DNA from: Okamejei kenojei
Lineage: Eukaryota
NCBI GenBank assembly: GCA_035221665.1
Contig: CM069148.1
Span: 22,382,001 to 22,446,000, forward strand
DNA: 64,000 nucleotides
Direction: 5' to 3'
Positions 62,419 to 64,000 of the stretch are shown piece after piece. The translations under genes were made by a program, and so were the position numbers. Each line of letters opens with the position of its first letter. Positions within the stretch are counted from its first letter, which is position 1. The notes under the pieces were generated by a model. That model saw nothing but the letters and a program-made list of their open reading frames with translations. It was not told where the DNA came from and made no database searches.

Positions 62419-64000
62419 AGGGGCAAGGACTATCTAAAGAAGAGGGTATTAATTGAAGAGCAACTTTAATGGAATGTTAAATGATTTGGCCAGGTTAAAG
62501 TCGAACTAAATTTGCAGGGAAAGTTATAATAGAACAATGAGAGATATTTGAAGAGATATTACAAATATGGGTTAGGTACATTCCCACAAGGAGGAAAGTT
62601 GGGAAACTACAGCCAGATGTCCGGAAGTCCCAGGATAGCAAAAGAGATGGAGAATACAATGAAACAAATAAAAAGCATGTACGATTCATGCCATGTAAAC
62701 AATTCAATTGAGAACTGCGTTGAGTACAAAAAGCCAAAAGGGGAGATAATGAGGAAAGTAATACGGAGAGAATATAAGTGTAGGAAGTTCAAGTTTTGTA
62801 TTGCATGAGAATAATAAATATATAAAGTCAGTGCGGTCGATCGGAAACCAAAAATCAATCAATGTAAAGAGGCAGAGGCTTGGGCTGGAATGCATAAATA
62901 CTTTGTGTTGCTCTTCCCCAAGGAGGAGCTTCCTCACTTCAATCTGAGTCATTAGAGATCTCACTGTGATCTAAGTTCTCACTATGGCCATAATATTCAA
63001 TTCAATGTAAAGCAGACTAAACTCACAATAGAGAGTGTGATTTTGAGTTTGAACATAAAAGGTTTGTCTTACCATGAAGTATATCTCCCAAACTTCATTT
63101 CCTCTGGTCCAGAGAAATGGATGAGTAATAGATTTTAAATAATCCATGTTATACTGTTGGCAGAGTTATTATCCCACTATTCTAGAAGGCAATATTTACC
63201 ATCAATGCCTGACAATAAATTGTGTATTTAAACCTGTCATCACATATGAGCTTACACAAAGCACAATCAGTCCGAGAATCAGAGGGCTTGGAGGGAGGAG
63301 TGGAATAGTGGTGTGATTTAAAACAGTGGAAACTATTGCTATGAAACAACACTAAATACTCACAATTAAAGAAGCAAATTTGTAGTTACCTCAAAAACCT
63401 GATCGTGTCAGAATGAATTGTTAGCAAGATAGAAAGGAAAATGGAAGATTTGTGAAATTGAAATGTGCAGGCTGACAGGGTAAGGGGCTGGGAATCCAGA
63501 AAGGAACAACCTTGAGCCTCATCATCCTCCAATTCACATTTTTTTTAAGGTAAACGTTGCACTTTATTGCTGGTGGGCAACCTGATATTAAAGTACTCAC
63601 AACATACCAAGAAAGAAGGTAAGTACTGGACTGGAGAACCTAGAACTGGGAGATAGTGTCAGCACAATTCCTGCTCATCTCGGTCCAAAGATATTTGGGA
63701 ATTCATAAACCCAGTGGCCTGCAGATGTGAGTACATTAAAAGGTGAGATCAACAAAAATGTCAAAACGAAGGGCAATCAGGACATTTGACAATTTGATTA
63801 AATTCAGTTTGAAGAGCAGGATCAGCTATCATTGCACAGAGTGGACCACTGTTAAGTGGTTGGATGCTCTACCTCTGCTCATTTGGAAAGCTTGTGTTCT
63901 ATGCATGTGGTTGTGATAACTATTCCACGTTGAGAAGTGAACATTCTTGCATGCAACACAATGCAAACCCCTGTGTAGTTAGTCACCTTCCCATTTTCTT

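Overview
Eukaryotic, AT-rich, repeat-dense genomic DNA. The repeat repertoire (HE1/V-type SINEs, HER1/CR1 LINEs, Neptune-type Penelope elements) suggests a cartilaginous fish, probably a skate or ray; this is an inference. The only host gene I can support is MOB2 on the + strand: four coding exons at 9815-9975, 12515-12608, 33114-33238 and 39189-39454, all with GT-AG junctions. Its first exon was not found and probably lies upstream of the window. A candidate terminal exon/3'UTR of a convergent gene (BRSK2 by tetrapod synteny, unproven) lies near 60.3-61.1 kb. Nearly all ORFs in the supplied track come from transposons or are noise. Mobile elements include a full-length Ty3/Gypsy LTR element (16830-21485) nested in a tandem non-autonomous Helitron pair, three pieces of an IR/DR Tc1 family, Harbinger, Tc2 and Tigger-like MITEs, CR1, Rex/Babar and RTE LINE fragments, and many Penelope-derived pieces. 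The most interesting signals are RNA-structural. (1) A ~145-bp TSD-flanked retroposon at 62277-62418 has first 54 nt that fold as a minimal HDV/CPEB3-like self-cleaving ribozyme. (2) A family of ~93-bp Penelope-derived micro-elements is essentially a hammerhead ribozyme plus tail, with 11-16-bp flanking duplications and fold-back dimers. All structures were read by eye; no searches or folding programs were run.
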